In this document: piece after piece, positions 27,619-37,550 of the stretch
Numbering within the stretch: the first letter of the stretch is position 1
Layout: every line of letters starts with the position of its first letter
Virus record (IMG/VR): IMGVR_UViG_3300037961_005793
Coordinates: 1-64,000 of that record
Source: a virus
Length of the DNA: 64,000 nucleotides
Strand: one strand, 5' to 3'
The notes under the pieces: generated by a model
The model's input: the letters and a program-made list of their open reading frames with translations, nothing else
What the model was told of the DNA's origin: nothing
Databases searched by the model: none
Made by a program: the position numbers and the translations under genes

Positions 27619-29138
27619 CAGTACTCGACGTTGTAGTTGCCTCGTCTTTGGAGGTAGTTAATCAGATGCGTGTAAGCATCGAGCAAGTCATCGTGAGATG
27701 TTGCACCGACGTTCACGATCTGATCCATTAAAGCATCGAACTTACGGTATTTATTAAAGGTAACTTTTTTGTTTTCTAAAATTCCAAGGGTGCCTCTGAA
27801 CCTGGCGATCTTGTCGCCCCTAAACCCTTTAACTTCGTGGATATTTAAGTTGCTTAACCCTCGCTCAACAAGAAGCACACGTTTTAAATCCGCCGCAAGT
27901 GACGCCTGATATGCAACTGCTTCAACTACAAGTGTGATTGTTGAGTAAGTCGGAAAATACTGATCACCTTGTAGCTCTAGGATTCCCCATTCCACAAGCA
28001 TGTCGCACAGCAAATCGATTTTTTCTAAGTTTCCAATCGACCTGACCTGATGAGAGTCGATAATGAAATATTTATCCTTTAGTCGTCCTCCTAGAACAAA
28101 AGCTGTGTAGTCAGAAGTCTCATTCTTACTAGCTGACAAGTCGATACCGACTGCAAGGGTGTCGAACTCAGTTTCAACTTCGCCTTTAACAAGAAGATCA
28201 GGTGAAAGAACAAGATCAGATGTCATCACCGGCTGTTGCTGATACTGGTAAGCAAACGCAACAGGATCTAATTCTTTTTGACCCATAAGGTAACTAACAG
28301 ACCATTGCTCAGGCCAATAACTGACAGGTTCACCTTGTTTGTCGTACGTAAGGGCCTCCTGAGCCACCTGTTTCCAGCCTTTTTTAGGGATAAACATGGT
28401 CTTGTGGATATCCAAAGGATGGAATCTCGTGCCTAGACAAATCGAACGGCCACCCTCAAAAACAATCGGAGCGATAACTGACGACCAGTTGTTATTCATC
28501 TCTTCCCGTACAGCGGGGTTTTTGATGTCAGAGCTTGATTTAATGGGGTCATCCACGATCACGAGGTGTGCCCTTTTCGAGGTAATAGATCCTCGAAGAC
28601 CTGCTGCACGAAGTGTGAATTCTTCATCACCGATCCTGTCGATTCCGGCGTAGTCAAAGTCGATTGACCAACCGATGTCGCTCTGCATACCTGCTTTGAG
28701 CTTTACCTTTGGAAATATTTTTTTAAACGTGGATGAGTCGATGATCTGCTTGATGATTCGACTCTTGGGGATAGCAGTAGCGATGTTGTAAGAACAATAG
28801 ATAATCTGCAGAGGACGTTGTGCAGTTGTGTGCTTACCGATAACCCAAGCTGTAAATAGGTTAAGGACAGTCGATTTAGCCGAACCTCGGGGGCTCAGAA
28901 TATCAAGATTTGGCCCTGCGATATCTATTAGATATTTATTGCTGTCTCCTGTAATCAGTTCCTGATGCCACTCCAGCATATGCTTCGCTGGAGGTTTATC
29001 AAGAAGTGTACAGAATGTCAAAAAGTCATCCTGAGCACGATGAAAAACACTATCTATCGCAGAGTCATTACTATCGATAGCCCTTTGTGCTCGTGCTTTA
29101 AGAGCACGTCGATATGCGTAAGTTTCTCTACTAGGCAT
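27618..29138 (-). CDS. terL: Terminase large subunit
   Basis: PRGSAKST Walker A, VIVDD Walker B, GTRFH, GIDLS/DYTA and HDDLLDA nuclease motifs. Confidence 0.92.
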   Translation of the reverse strand: MPSRETYAYRRALKARAQRAIDSNDSAIDSVFHRAQDDFLTFCTLLDKPPAKHMLEWHQELITGDSNKYLIDIAGPNLDILSPRGSAKSTVLNLFTAWVIGKHTTAQRPLQIIYCSYNIATAIPKSRIIKQIIDSSTFKKIFPKVKLKAGMQSDIGWSIDFDYAGIDRIGDEEFTLRAAGLRGSITSKRAHLVIVDDPIKSSSDIKNPAVREEMNNNWSSVIAPIVFEGGRSICLGTRFHPLDIHKTMFIPKKGWKQVAQEALTYDKQGEPVSYWPEQWSVSYLMGQKELDPVAFAYQYQQQPVMTSDLVLSPDLLVKGEVETEFDTLAVGIDLSASKNETSDYTAFVLGGRLKDKYFIIDSHQVRSIGNLEKIDLLCDMLVEWGILELQGDQYFPTYSTITLVVEAVAYQASLAADLKRVLLVERGLSNLNIHEVKGFRGDKIARFRGTLGILENKKVTFNKYRKFDALMDQIVNVGATSHDDLLDAYTHLINYLQRRGNYNVEY

Positions 29139-29183
29139 TTTCTTAAGACTGCTCGTATACTGTTAGCGAAATTCTAACTCTGT

Positions 29184-30350
29184 ATGGCAAAGATACTCTG
29201 GTACGGTGATGCTGTTTCTAATACTGGCTTCGCTCGTGTAACCCATAGCGTTCTGAACCATTTAAAGAAAGATAATGAAGTCGTGGTGTATGGAATTAAC
29301 TACCAAGGAGATCCTCACGACTATCCATTCAAAATTTACCCTGCATCAGCCCACAACCCTGGAGATCGCTTCGGGGTGGGACGCATTCAGCAAATTGTTG
29401 AAAAAGAAAAACCTGACTTCTTTATCTGTTTAAACGACATCTGGATCTGTAACCAGATCTGGGAACGCATTCACTTTCTCAAGGCTCAGTTCGACTTTAA
29501 ATTTATTGCATACTTCCCTACCGATTCTGAGTGGTATCCGATGCCTATGCTTCGGTACATCAAAGACTGGGATTTTGCGATCACCTTTACCATTGAGCAA
29601 GCTCAACGCTTGATGGCCCACGGAGTTCAACCCAAGAAAATGGGAGTGGTTCCCCATGGGCTAGACCGTGACAAGTTCTTTGAGATCGATCAAACCGAAG
29701 CTCGCAAACGTCTCGGATTACCTCAAGACAAATTCATTGTCTTCAACGGCAACCGTAATCAGCCACGTAAATGTATCGACCAGACAATTAAGGCGTTTGC
29801 TGAGTTCTGTGTAGATAAAGAAGATGCTCTTCTCTACCTAAACATGGCTGAGAAAGACCTTGGCTGGCACATTAAAGAACTGCTTGAAACAGAGCTTCGT
29901 AGACGAGGGGTAGACCCGACTCAACGAGTGGCTTTGACTCCAAATATGAATTATCACGCTGCTCCACCAGACGAAGCACTTAATCTCATCTACAACGCTT
30001 GCGACGTTGGTATTAACACCGCAAACGGTGAAGGCTGGGGTTTAGTTCCTTTCGAACACGCGATGTGTCGTAAAGCGCAAGTAGTGCCTAACCATACTTC
30101 CTGTAAGGACATCTGGAACGGAAGCGCATTACTTATTGATATCGGAGCCTGGGTAAACGACAAAGATCTAAACGTTGAGCGCGGCATTATCGACTACAAG
30201 CATGCCGCAAAACTACTGACAGATCTTTACGAGGACGAAACCTATCGCCAAAAAGTTGCAGACGATTGTTACAGAGTGACCCAAAACCCCCAGTACCGCT
30301 GGGAAGCTGTTGCTGAAGGTTTTGCCAAAGCTATGGAGGTGCTCAAGTGA
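29184..30350 (+). CDS. Glycosyltransferase family 4 (GT-B)
   Basis: TGFARV, NRNQPRK, EGWGLVPFE motifs. Confidence 0.88.
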   Translation: MAKILWYGDAVSNTGFARVTHSVLNHLKKDNEVVVYGINYQGDPHDYPFKIYPASAHNPGDRFGVGRIQQIVEKEKPDFFICLNDIWICNQIWERIHFLKAQFDFKFIAYFPTDSEWYPMPMLRYIKDWDFAITFTIEQAQRLMAHGVQPKKMGVVPHGLDRDKFFEIDQTEARKRLGLPQDKFIVFNGNRNQPRKCIDQTIKAFAEFCVDKEDALLYLNMAEKDLGWHIKELLETELRRRGVDPTQRVALTPNMNYHAAPPDEALNLIYNACDVGINTANGEGWGLVPFEHAMCRKAQVVPNHTSCKDIWNGSALLIDIGAWVNDKDLNVERGIIDYKHAAKLLTDLYEDETYRQKVADDCYRVTQNPQYRWEAVAEGFAKAMEVLK

Positions 30351-31459
30351 CTCAGCAAGCACGTTACGAGACTATGCTCAGCTACGTCGAGCACCCGGTC
30401 GACATTCGTTCAGGGTCAGGGTATCCCACGGTTTATCAGCAAGCGTCGGACATCGGAGGTACGTTCACACGTATCAAATACGGTCTGCCTGATCAATCAG
30501 TAGCAAACTTCAGTCCCTGTTTAATTTCTCACAAGGGTCATCGCTTGATCACCTGGAGAAACCAACCAGAGGCTTTCACATTTAGGCACGACAGCAAATA
30601 TTTTTACTACAACAACACTCCTACTGAGGTTTATGTTGGTGAGTTGATCGGGGACGAAACAATTATCGGAGCGAAGAAAATTCGCGAAAATCCTCATCGG
30701 CTTAGCTACGAGGATCCACGTCTCTTTATCGCTCCTGACGACAATCTCTACTTGCAGTTCATCACGAGTTCCTACGCAAGCAAGTACGACTCATCAAAGC
30801 ACAAAATGGTGAATCAACCAAAAGTGTGTGTAGGGCGTGTGGACGACTTCGGTAAAGTCGTTGACTGTGTTTACCCACCAGCAGGAGATAACCTTACTGA
30901 AGGTAAACCTGAGAAGAACTGGTGTTTTTTCAGCGAAGATCAAAATCTTCGTCTGCTTTATTCGACGATCCCTCTAACGATCAAAACCCCTGGACAACCC
31001 GACAAAACTATCGATTCAAGTAGCCTTAAAAAGGTTACTGGAGAGTATCCAACTTTTAATTCTACATCACCCATCAAAATCGGCAACGAATGGCTCGTAT
31101 TTTTTCACTGGAAATATATGGCCTTCGACAGCAAACATCAGATTACATACCTTCTGTACCACTTAGGAGCGTATACGCTTGACGAAAACTTTACCAAAAT
31201 TACTCGTCAATGCACTGAAGCCCTATTTAGCGGTTCTACAAACGACCGTTTGACCTGGTGGACAGACGTTACAGGGCGTCCAATCTCTAAACAACCCGCT
31301 TGTGTGCTGCCTTTTGGAGGTATTTATAACGAAGAAGACGACGAGATTGAACTAGCTCTTGGGGTCAACGACTCCTTCATGGGTATCTTCAAGTGCCCCC
31401 TCGTCAACATTCTCGCTCTCCTGGAGCCCACGGAAGTAGGCACAAATGAGATCTCTTAG
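30347..31459 (+). CDS. Five-bladed beta-propeller, GH130 / beta-mannosyltransferase-like
   Basis: EDPRLF, EKNWCFF, VLPFGG...LGVND motifs. Confidence 0.65.
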   Translation: MTQQARYETMLSYVEHPVDIRSGSGYPTVYQQASDIGGTFTRIKYGLPDQSVANFSPCLISHKGHRLITWRNQPEAFTFRHDSKYFYYNNTPTEVYVGELIGDETIIGAKKIRENPHRLSYEDPRLFIAPDDNLYLQFITSSYASKYDSSKHKMVNQPKVCVGRVDDFGKVVDCVYPPAGDNLTEGKPEKNWCFFSEDQNLRLLYSTIPLTIKTPGQPDKTIDSSSLKKVTGEYPTFNSTSPIKIGNEWLVFFHWKYMAFDSKHQITYLLYHLGAYTLDENFTKITRQCTEALFSGSTNDRLTWWTDVTGRPISKQPACVLPFGGIYNEEDDEIELALGVNDSFMGIFKCPLVNILALLEPTEVGTNEIS

Positions 31460-31567
31460 CTCGTTATAGCGTAAGTACCAGTCAGGTATGAGACCATAGT
31501 GGGGTAGACACTCTCTATCCCACTCTGTGTTCTCGATGTAATCGATAATTTCTTGACGACTGCTCAA
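31352..31567 (-). CDS. Hypothetical protein
   Basis: 71 aa, start overlaps the upstream stop; 108-nt antisense overlap with the GH130-like gene. Confidence 0.45.
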   Translation of the reverse strand: MSSRQEIIDYIENTEWDRECLPHYGLIPDWYLRYNELRDLICAYFRGLQESENVDEGALEDTHEGVVDPKS

Positions 31568-32088
31568 GACTTCTCTTCACGCTCGATAGTCGACCAAACC
31601 ACTAACGAGGCGTCCTCTAACAGGGATGCCACGGTTGGGGCGTCTTCGAAACTATTCAGAAGCTCACGTAAACAACGATCCGCACCAGCAAGCAAAAGAC
31701 CGCGACGATCAAGACCGTCAGTGAGCTGTCGTACGGCCTGAATATGTGATCTGAGTTCTTTTTGAAGTACGCTGATTTTCGTCGCTGCTGTGGCATGGTC
31801 GAGCATCCCTGTAAGGGTCATCTGCCTTACGTTATCGATATCGGTTTTCAAGGAATCGATCTCGATTAACAAGACCTTGCGTAAATCCTGCTTTGGGTAC
31901 TTCTCTTGAATCCAAGCAGTGATATCTGCAATCGAGCCCTCGTACGAAGGGCGCATGAAACGAGCATACAAATAAGACTCAATATCACTCGTCGCGTTCT
32001 TTGCGTAGTGAAGAAAAGAGTCTTTTTGGGTTTTGTCGAGCGACTGCAGCCAGTCAGCCACAGTGGCTTGAACTTCAGTATCGATCAT
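31564..32088 (-). CDS. Helical protein (possible terminase small subunit)
   Basis: 174 aa coiled-coil; function inferred from position only. Confidence 0.45.
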   Translation of the reverse strand: MIDTEVQATVADWLQSLDKTQKDSFLHYAKNATSDIESYLYARFMRPSYEGSIADITAWIQEKYPKQDLRKVLLIEIDSLKTDIDNVRQMTLTGMLDHATAATKISVLQKELRSHIQAVRQLTDGLDRRGLLLAGADRCLRELLNSFEDAPTVASLLEDASLVVWSTIEREEKS

Positions 32089-32903
32089 GCAAAGAAGTTG
32101 TGACCCGACATTGCCCTAGCCTGAGCATCTCTACGAAGATTAATAGTGGCGGCAGTGTTTCCCCTAATCAAAGCAAGTTTACCTTTGACGTTTGCTTGGT
32201 TACGCGTCAGATCACTAACGGTTTGGGCGTCGTTAAGAGCAAGGGCACCTGCAATACGTTGTGCGCCTGTCGCCAGATTACCTTCTGTAACTGCCCTGGT
32301 GCCCATCGCATAGTTCAAAGCATCAGCATATTTCTGGGCAATGTTGAGCTTGGCTCCTTCTTGTGCAGCTTTAATGCCTAAGTTGGTGCCTCCGAGAGCT
32401 TCGGCTAAACGATTATCTGCATTGAGAGAATCCGAAGCTGCTCTCGAAGCAAACGTTGGATTAAGCATCTCAGATGCCGTCTTCATCTGGCCGACTTCTG
32501 TCGCCAATGAACGACCAGCATCCAACATGCCCATAACTTCTCGCATCTGCCCTTGACGAGCAGCTTGAGAATCCGTGGCAGCATCTTTGAGAATGGTCTT
32601 TTGACCAGAACTCAAACCTTCAAAATAAGTGCCTAAGGCACCCATGTTTGCACCTTGTTGCTGTGCAAAACGTTGAGCTGCAAGAGTGAGCGGTACGTTA
32701 GCTGCTGCAGCTTGAGCACCATAGAGTGTAAAGTATTCACCAGGAATAGCGGCTTGAGCACCACCTCCTCCTCCACCGCTAGGAGAACTACCGCCGCCCC
32801 CACCGAGACCGCCGCTAAGTGCGCCTACTACAGCTCCGCCAGGGCCACCTGAAAGAAACCCGGTAGCACCACCGAAAAGTGCGCCAGGAAGATTGAAACC
32901 CAT
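32085..32903 (-). CDS. Gly/Ala-rich putative ejection (internal virion) protein
   Basis: Gly-rich hydrophobic N-terminus followed by A/Q-rich helices. Confidence 0.6.
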   Translation of the reverse strand: MGFNLPGALFGGATGFLSGGPGGAVVGALSGGLGGGGGSSPSGGGGGGAQAAIPGEYFTLYGAQAAAANVPLTLAAQRFAQQQGANMGALGTYFEGLSSGQKTILKDAATDSQAARQGQMREVMGMLDAGRSLATEVGQMKTASEMLNPTFASRAASDSLNADNRLAEALGGTNLGIKAAQEGAKLNIAQKYADALNYAMGTRAVTEGNLATGAQRIAGALALNDAQTVSDLTRNQANVKGKLALIRGNTAATINLRRDAQARAMSGHNFFA

Positions 32904-32905
32904 GA

Positions 32906-33613
32906 TTAGTTAACCGCTTGACCAGGTTGGAAAGCACGCATCGCAGAGTCAGATGCGACGTTTAATGCACTTAAAACGTTAGCGTTAGGAGTCGCAGCGA
33001 GATAAGCGGTGTTCATCATGGCTGTTGCCATGACGGTGTTGGCGCGAATCTTCTCTTGCTGGATCTTGCGCCACCCGTCGATCACATCACGACGAGTCTT
33101 CTCCCTCATCTGACCCATCTGGGCCTTTGAAAGAAGATCGGTGGCGTACGCTAATTCCTGTTGCCTACGACGCATTGCGTCGTCTAGGTATTCAGGAGAA
33201 GTAATTCGGTCTTGTCGTTGACCTCTTTGTCGTATTTCTTCTCGAAGAACATCAACTAAACCACCCAACCCATTGGTTGTGGGTTGCGGCTGATCACCCG
33301 GTAATCTTGTTGTCCGTTGTGGTTCAATCTTTGAGGAGCCTGTATAAGGATCTACCGGTAATGTTTGTGCAGGAGCAGGAATTAACTCACCTTTTTCTAA
33401 ACGCTCTAGCTTACCGCGTACACTTTCAGCTCCTCCAGGGAGAAAACCGCCAAAAACATTTTTATCTAATTGACCGTAACCACGTTCGATAGCCCGCTCA
33501 ACCCCCTCGGGCAAAAATTTGAAGCCGTAGCGAGTAGGATCGAGCGGGTTATCTCCCATAGCCTCAGCCACGGAAGCAGCAAAAACTTGAGGGAGTCCTT
33601 CGTAAGTTGCCAT
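32906..33613 (-). CDS. Putative internal virion protein
   Basis: 235 aa in a tight operon, helical C-half. Confidence 0.55.
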   Translation of the reverse strand: MATYEGLPQVFAASVAEAMGDNPLDPTRYGFKFLPEGVERAIERGYGQLDKNVFGGFLPGGAESVRGKLERLEKGELIPAPAQTLPVDPYTGSSKIEPQRTTRLPGDQPQPTTNGLGGLVDVLREEIRQRGQRQDRITSPEYLDDAMRRRQQELAYATDLLSKAQMGQMREKTRRDVIDGWRKIQQEKIRANTVMATAMMNTAYLAATPNANVLSALNVASDSAMRAFQPGQAVN

Positions 33614-33618
33614 AATAT

Positions 33619-34140
33619 TCAGAAACCTCTGCTTAAGTTTGCAAGTGCCTGATTAGATCCTACTGGATCTTGAGCTAAAACTTTATTAATTGCAGTTTGA
33701 AGAGTTCTTTCTCCTTCTTGGCCCAAGTTTCCGAGAGTAGCAATGCCTTGACCGATATTCAGCTGTTCACCTTTAACGCGGGCGAGGTAGGCTTCTCGAC
33801 GCGCAGCTTCTTCAAGAGCAGCGTTATTACGCGCAATAGTTGTATCTAAGATCTGGTCAGCATCCAAGTATTCATAATTTGCTCCCATAGCATTGGCTGC
33901 TGCCCGAAGTTTATTTTGTTTTTCAACAAACTGGTATAAACCCAAAACATCAGACTGTGGAATAGTAAACTTACTTGCCGTACCTACTTGTGCCGGGGTG
34001 GAACGTAAAGCGCCTCCCTGACCAAAAAGCCCTTGGATTAAAGCTGCAGCCAGTGTGCTTCCACCTAAGGAATTTAAAAGACCAGCTTTAGTTAAGCCAG
34101 CAGCAGGAAGAGCAGGAAGGGCAGCAGCAGGACCAGGCAT
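33619..34140 (-). CDS. Putative internal virion protein
   Basis: 173 aa, Ala/Gly/Leu-rich. Confidence 0.55.
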   Translation of the reverse strand: MPGPAAALPALPAAGLTKAGLLNSLGGSTLAAALIQGLFGQGGALRSTPAQVGTASKFTIPQSDVLGLYQFVEKQNKLRAAANAMGANYEYLDADQILDTTIARNNAALEEAARREAYLARVKGEQLNIGQGIATLGNLGQEGERTLQTAINKVLAQDPVGSNQALANLSRGF

Positions 34141-34376
34141 TAGTTCACTCCAGGTTTGTCGTACTGTGTTCCGCTAAGCGGTTTCTTTATCGATTTTAAG
34201 TCATTTTCACCAGGAAGCATCGGCGCAACTTGGGATTCCCTCTGCTGTCTAGAAGCAATAGCAGCTGTTTGTGGGAAGTTAGAAGCTAGATAACGACGTA
34301 AGAAGTCACCAGCATCCACACCGGGAACGTTGTTTCGAATGTCCCGTTCGCGTAGTTGTTGTTCGCGGTGGTTCAT
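34140..34376 (-). CDS. Hypothetical protein
   Basis: 78 aa, stop/start overlaps on both sides. Confidence 0.6.
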   Translation of the reverse strand: MNHREQQLRERDIRNNVPGVDAGDFLRRYLASNFPQTAAIASRQQRESQVAPMLPGENDLKSIKKPLSGTQYDKPGVN

Positions 34377-34882
34377 CAGCTCAGTTGTTGATACTGAATA
34401 GAGGGAGGAATGTTATTACTCGAAGGAGCATTCAGCATCGAATAGTTATCACCCATGTTGGGCGTGTCGTACTCTGCAGGGCGTTGAGAAGAAAGTTCGT
34501 CCATGTGCCTGTCGCTCTGCTGCTCAAGCATGTCCAGGAACATCAACATCTCATCCATGAGATCGGGACGCTGACAGACTCGTTCGAGAAGCTCGACGAG
34601 AACAGGGTCCATCGAAGGAGGCTCAACCTCTTCAACACGCAGTCGTGCAGCTAATTGGTTGCGACCCATGGGGTCATCAACATCTGGGTAAGAATTGATC
34701 GACCGTGTGGCTCCGGTATACATGCCACCGGGCTCTCCTTCTAGATTCGGAGCCCGTCCTTGTGCGTACTTACGCAAGACCTCAGCCACGACGGGGGCTG
34801 CAGCAGCTTGCTCGTCCGGAGTAACCGGCGTCGGAAGACCGAGTAAACGAGCCGCAAAAGCGTAATCTTCCCTAGAAAACAC
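34376..34882 (-). CDS. Hypothetical protein
   Basis: 168 aa; TACAAT 26 nt upstream. Confidence 0.6.
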   Translation of the reverse strand: MFSREDYAFAARLLGLPTPVTPDEQAAAAPVVAEVLRKYAQGRAPNLEGEPGGMYTGATRSINSYPDVDDPMGRNQLAARLRVEEVEPPSMDPVLVELLERVCQRPDLMDEMLMFLDMLEQQSDRHMDELSSQRPAEYDTPNMGDNYSMLNAPSSNNIPPSIQYQQLS

Positions 34883-35147
34883 CGGAACCTACAGCAACAG
34901 ATAACCCCATTGTACTCTGTATTGCTAAAACGTCGCCGGGAGAAACATCCAACGTCAAACAGATCTTCTCCAACACATCCGGAGACGGGATATAACGTTC
35001 ATCAGTACATATTTTTCTGGTCGTTGTCGGCGAAAGACTTGCCTGTTTACTCAACGCAAAAGAAGAAATATCCTTTTGCAGGAGTAAGTCTTTGAGGTTA
35101 TTAATTAAATAACCACTAGCTGTATGTGCGGAGTAAAAAGGCATCAC
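34872..35147 (-). CDS. Cro/C1-type HTH regulator
   Basis: LKDLLLQKDISSFALSKQASLSPTT...LEKICLTLDVSPGDVL. Confidence 0.85.
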   Translation of the reverse strand: MMPFYSAHTASGYLINNLKDLLLQKDISSFALSKQASLSPTTTRKICTDERYIPSPDVLEKICLTLDVSPGDVLAIQSTMGLSVAVGSGVF

Positions 35148-35824
35148 CCAAGCTTTAGACCTTCAGAAATGTCAACTAAACCTGTACCGCTGAAATGACC
35201 AAATGAAGTGAGATCAACCTTCGGTGAAGATATAAGTCTCCACAACGGTTGTTCAGTAATCCACTTAATGTCATCCAGGAGCAGCCAACGTGGTTTAGTG
35301 GGAAACTTTAACGTTGAAAGTTTACTCAAAAAAGTTCTCTCAAAGATACCGTCCTTTGGCCCATCACACATAATAAAGTCAGCCTCAGTAAGAAGCTTTG
35401 CTCGTCTTATAAAAACATCATGCTCTTTAAGATCTTCTACTCGTTGAGTGAGTTTTGAAGAAAAGTCTTCTTCAGTGAGGTATGTTTGAGTTGGTGAGGT
35501 GTATGGAACTACATCGAACGTGGTGACCCGATCCTTTTGATCGGAAAAGTCCAGCATCACCCGAGCAGAAGTTCCGTAGTGTGTTCCAATGTCGACCATA
35601 CTGACTGGTCCATTAGAACGATCCAGGTTGAAGATAAGACCAGCAAGAAGCTTATAATGATCACCAGGGAAACAATTAACAAAAGTTCCGTCACAATCAA
35701 TATGACACTGAGTAGCGGTCTTAATACTTCTGAGAACATAATCCCATCCTTGAAAAGTTTGGGCAGCCTGGTCGTCATCAACAGACCAACATTCGCTCGG
35801 GATACGGTGACGTACGTTTTTCAT
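35144..35824 (-). CDS. Class I SAM-dependent methyltransferase (Methyltransf_24-like)
   Basis: VDIGTHYGTS, DFIMCDG, LLLDD. Confidence 0.8.
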   Translation of the reverse strand: MKNVRHRIPSECWSVDDDQAAQTFQGWDYVLRSIKTATQCHIDCDGTFVNCFPGDHYKLLAGLIFNLDRSNGPVSMVDIGTHYGTSARVMLDFSDQKDRVTTFDVVPYTSPTQTYLTEEDFSSKLTQRVEDLKEHDVFIRRAKLLTEADFIMCDGPKDGIFERTFLSKLSTLKFPTKPRWLLLDDIKWITEQPLWRLISSPKVDLTSFGHFSGTGLVDISEGLKLG

Positions 35825-35826
35825 GA

Positions 35827-36597
35827 TCAGAACCCGAGATGCTTGCGGCGGACAAAGCTTAAATCGAATGTCGTGAAACTCGGTGGCATTTCCTCAAGAT
35901 TGAATGGTGTTTTATAAGTTTCCCCCTCAACGTGAGACTGCCAGGACTCATTCCACTTCAGATGAAGATATCGCTTGTTCAGCTCGTGGGCTACGTGAAT
36001 ACCTTGAGCAATCGCTGGTTCGGATCGCCAAGTCTGTGAGCCATCGGAATAATCGTTCTTTTTAGAACCGTGGTAGTAATCAGCTTCAAGATCAAGTATT
36101 CGTTTAACGTCGTCATGGATAAACCTCATGCCGTAGTCCATGTCTTCGCAATAACCGGGATATAGATTTTCATCAAAAAGACCGTACTTCTGAACCATCC
36201 AATCTTTTAACAAGAAAATATCCCAACCACCGCCTGAACCATGGACAATACCGACTTCCTGGTCTTGAGCTTTCTCATTCATTTCTTTGAGAAAACCTGG
36301 CTCAAACCTCACATCGTGGTTTGAAATAACCCAGTAAGGGGCTTTCATAAAACATTTAATAATTAAGTTCCAAGCGCCACTACAACCAACATTTGCAGGG
36401 AGGTGGCAAATATGTACGTTCTTTACGTGACTATTAGGTATCTCTTTTAGGAGATCGACTTCATGATTAATTTGACCGCGACCGTTGTTATTAAAAACGA
36501 CAAAGTTTTCAACTGGATAATCGATACTCATGTACAGACGATGCAGCCAGTAAGGAGTATTAACGATCGCAGTACCTAGAACAGGAATGCTATTCAT
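35827..36597 (-). CDS. Glycosyltransferase family 2-like
   Basis: NVGCSGAWN, SNHDV, GLFDENLYPGYCEDMDY. Confidence 0.82.
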   Translation of the reverse strand: MNSIPVLGTAIVNTPYWLHRLYMSIDYPVENFVVFNNNGRGQINHEVDLLKEIPNSHVKNVHICHLPANVGCSGAWNLIIKCFMKAPYWVISNHDVRFEPGFLKEMNEKAQDQEVGIVHGSGGGWDIFLLKDWMVQKYGLFDENLYPGYCEDMDYGMRFIHDDVKRILDLEADYYHGSKKNDYSDGSQTWRSEPAIAQGIHVAHELNKRYLHLKWNESWQSHVEGETYKTPFNLEEMPPSFTTFDLSFVRRKHLGF

Positions 36598-36620
36598 GAA
36601 GCATCAGCAGTAGCAGCATG

Positions 36621-36809
36621 CTAACACAAATTGAAGTTATCGCCATCTGAATCAATTTGATTCTGAAGATGTCTGTAGAAAGCACCTCGCCTCGGTCTGA
36701 ACTTGCGTGCGGGCTTTTTACTTTGGTTTCTTTTGTATACTTTGACACCTAGTTCATTAATGTAATATTCACCGCCTCTAGCTCCCTTAATCCACTTTTT
36801 CTCTTCCAC
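36621..36809 (-). CDS. Small basic hypothetical protein
   Basis: 62 aa, WIKGARGGEYYINELGVKVY. Confidence 0.5.
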   Translation of the reverse strand: MEEKKWIKGARGGEYYINELGVKVYKRNQSKKPARKFRPRRGAFYRHLQNQIDSDGDNFNLC

Positions 36810-36854
36810 GGAGAAACAAGCAACTTTAAAAATATTAACCTGCGTCAGAGGCGG

Positions 36855-37349
36855 TCAAGACCGCTTCTTAAACAAGTTGCAATCTTGTGAGTCAGGAGTC
36901 ATGTACTCAGGAGTCTCAAAATCACAGCACATCTTCTCTCGATCGTTGTGCATACACATTTGACAAATGAGTGAACTTTTGTCCACAAGCGTATGAGCTT
37001 CTGTCTCAGGCAACTCCACCGTGGTTAGACGGTAATTACAGTTAAGACAGTGTTTCTTGCGACGTCGATGACCTTGCTTGTTAAGCCTGGTCTCTACAAC
37101 AGCTAAAAACCTTTCACCGCAGTTAGGACACTTCTCTCTTAGTCCAGCACGAGCCGCCTTTATCCGTTCTGGTTCTGTCTTGCGTTCGTAAAACTTAGGC
37201 GGCGTCTTGCCAGCACATACAGCAGAACAAAAAGTTTTGGTACGTCCTTTCTTTTGATTTGAACGATGTTCTGAAGCTCTGCGTTTGAATTTGACTCCAC
37301 AGCAATCGCAAGTCAGTTCAACCCAAGAAGTAGAAGTTCGGAGTGCCAT
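36855..37349 (-). CDS. Multi-Zn-finger protein with an NrdR-like ribbon
   Basis: CDCC..FCSAVC; CPNCG...RRRKKHCLNCNYRLTTVE; CQMC...C. Confidence 0.7.
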   Translation of the reverse strand: MALRTSTSWVELTCDCCGVKFKRRASEHRSNQKKGRTKTFCSAVCAGKTPPKFYERKTEPERIKAARAGLREKCPNCGERFLAVVETRLNKQGHRRRKKHCLNCNYRLTTVELPETEAHTLVDKSSLICQMCMHNDREKMCCDFETPEYMTPDSQDCNLFKKRS

Positions 37350-37360
37350 AAAAAATGAAA

Positions 37361-37446
37361 TGCCTGAGGCGAGACTTGAACTCGCATGACCTTTGCAGGT
37401 CGAGGGATTTTAAGTCCCTTGTGTCTACCGATTCCACCACTCAGGC
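37361..37446 (-). tRNA. trnL: tRNA-Leu (anticodon TAA), CCA not encoded
   Basis: GCCTGAG acceptor stem, GGTAGAC D-loop, AGGGA-CTTAAAA-TCCCT anticodon arm, long variable arm, GTTCAAG T-loop. Confidence 0.95.
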
Positions 37447-37550
37447 TATAGCTGATGTGCCAGCACCGGCTGACGTGCGAAATATACCCCAAAAAATCCG
37501 TTGCTCAACCGTTTGTGACTGTTACCATGCTGATGTTTACAAGATGACAA

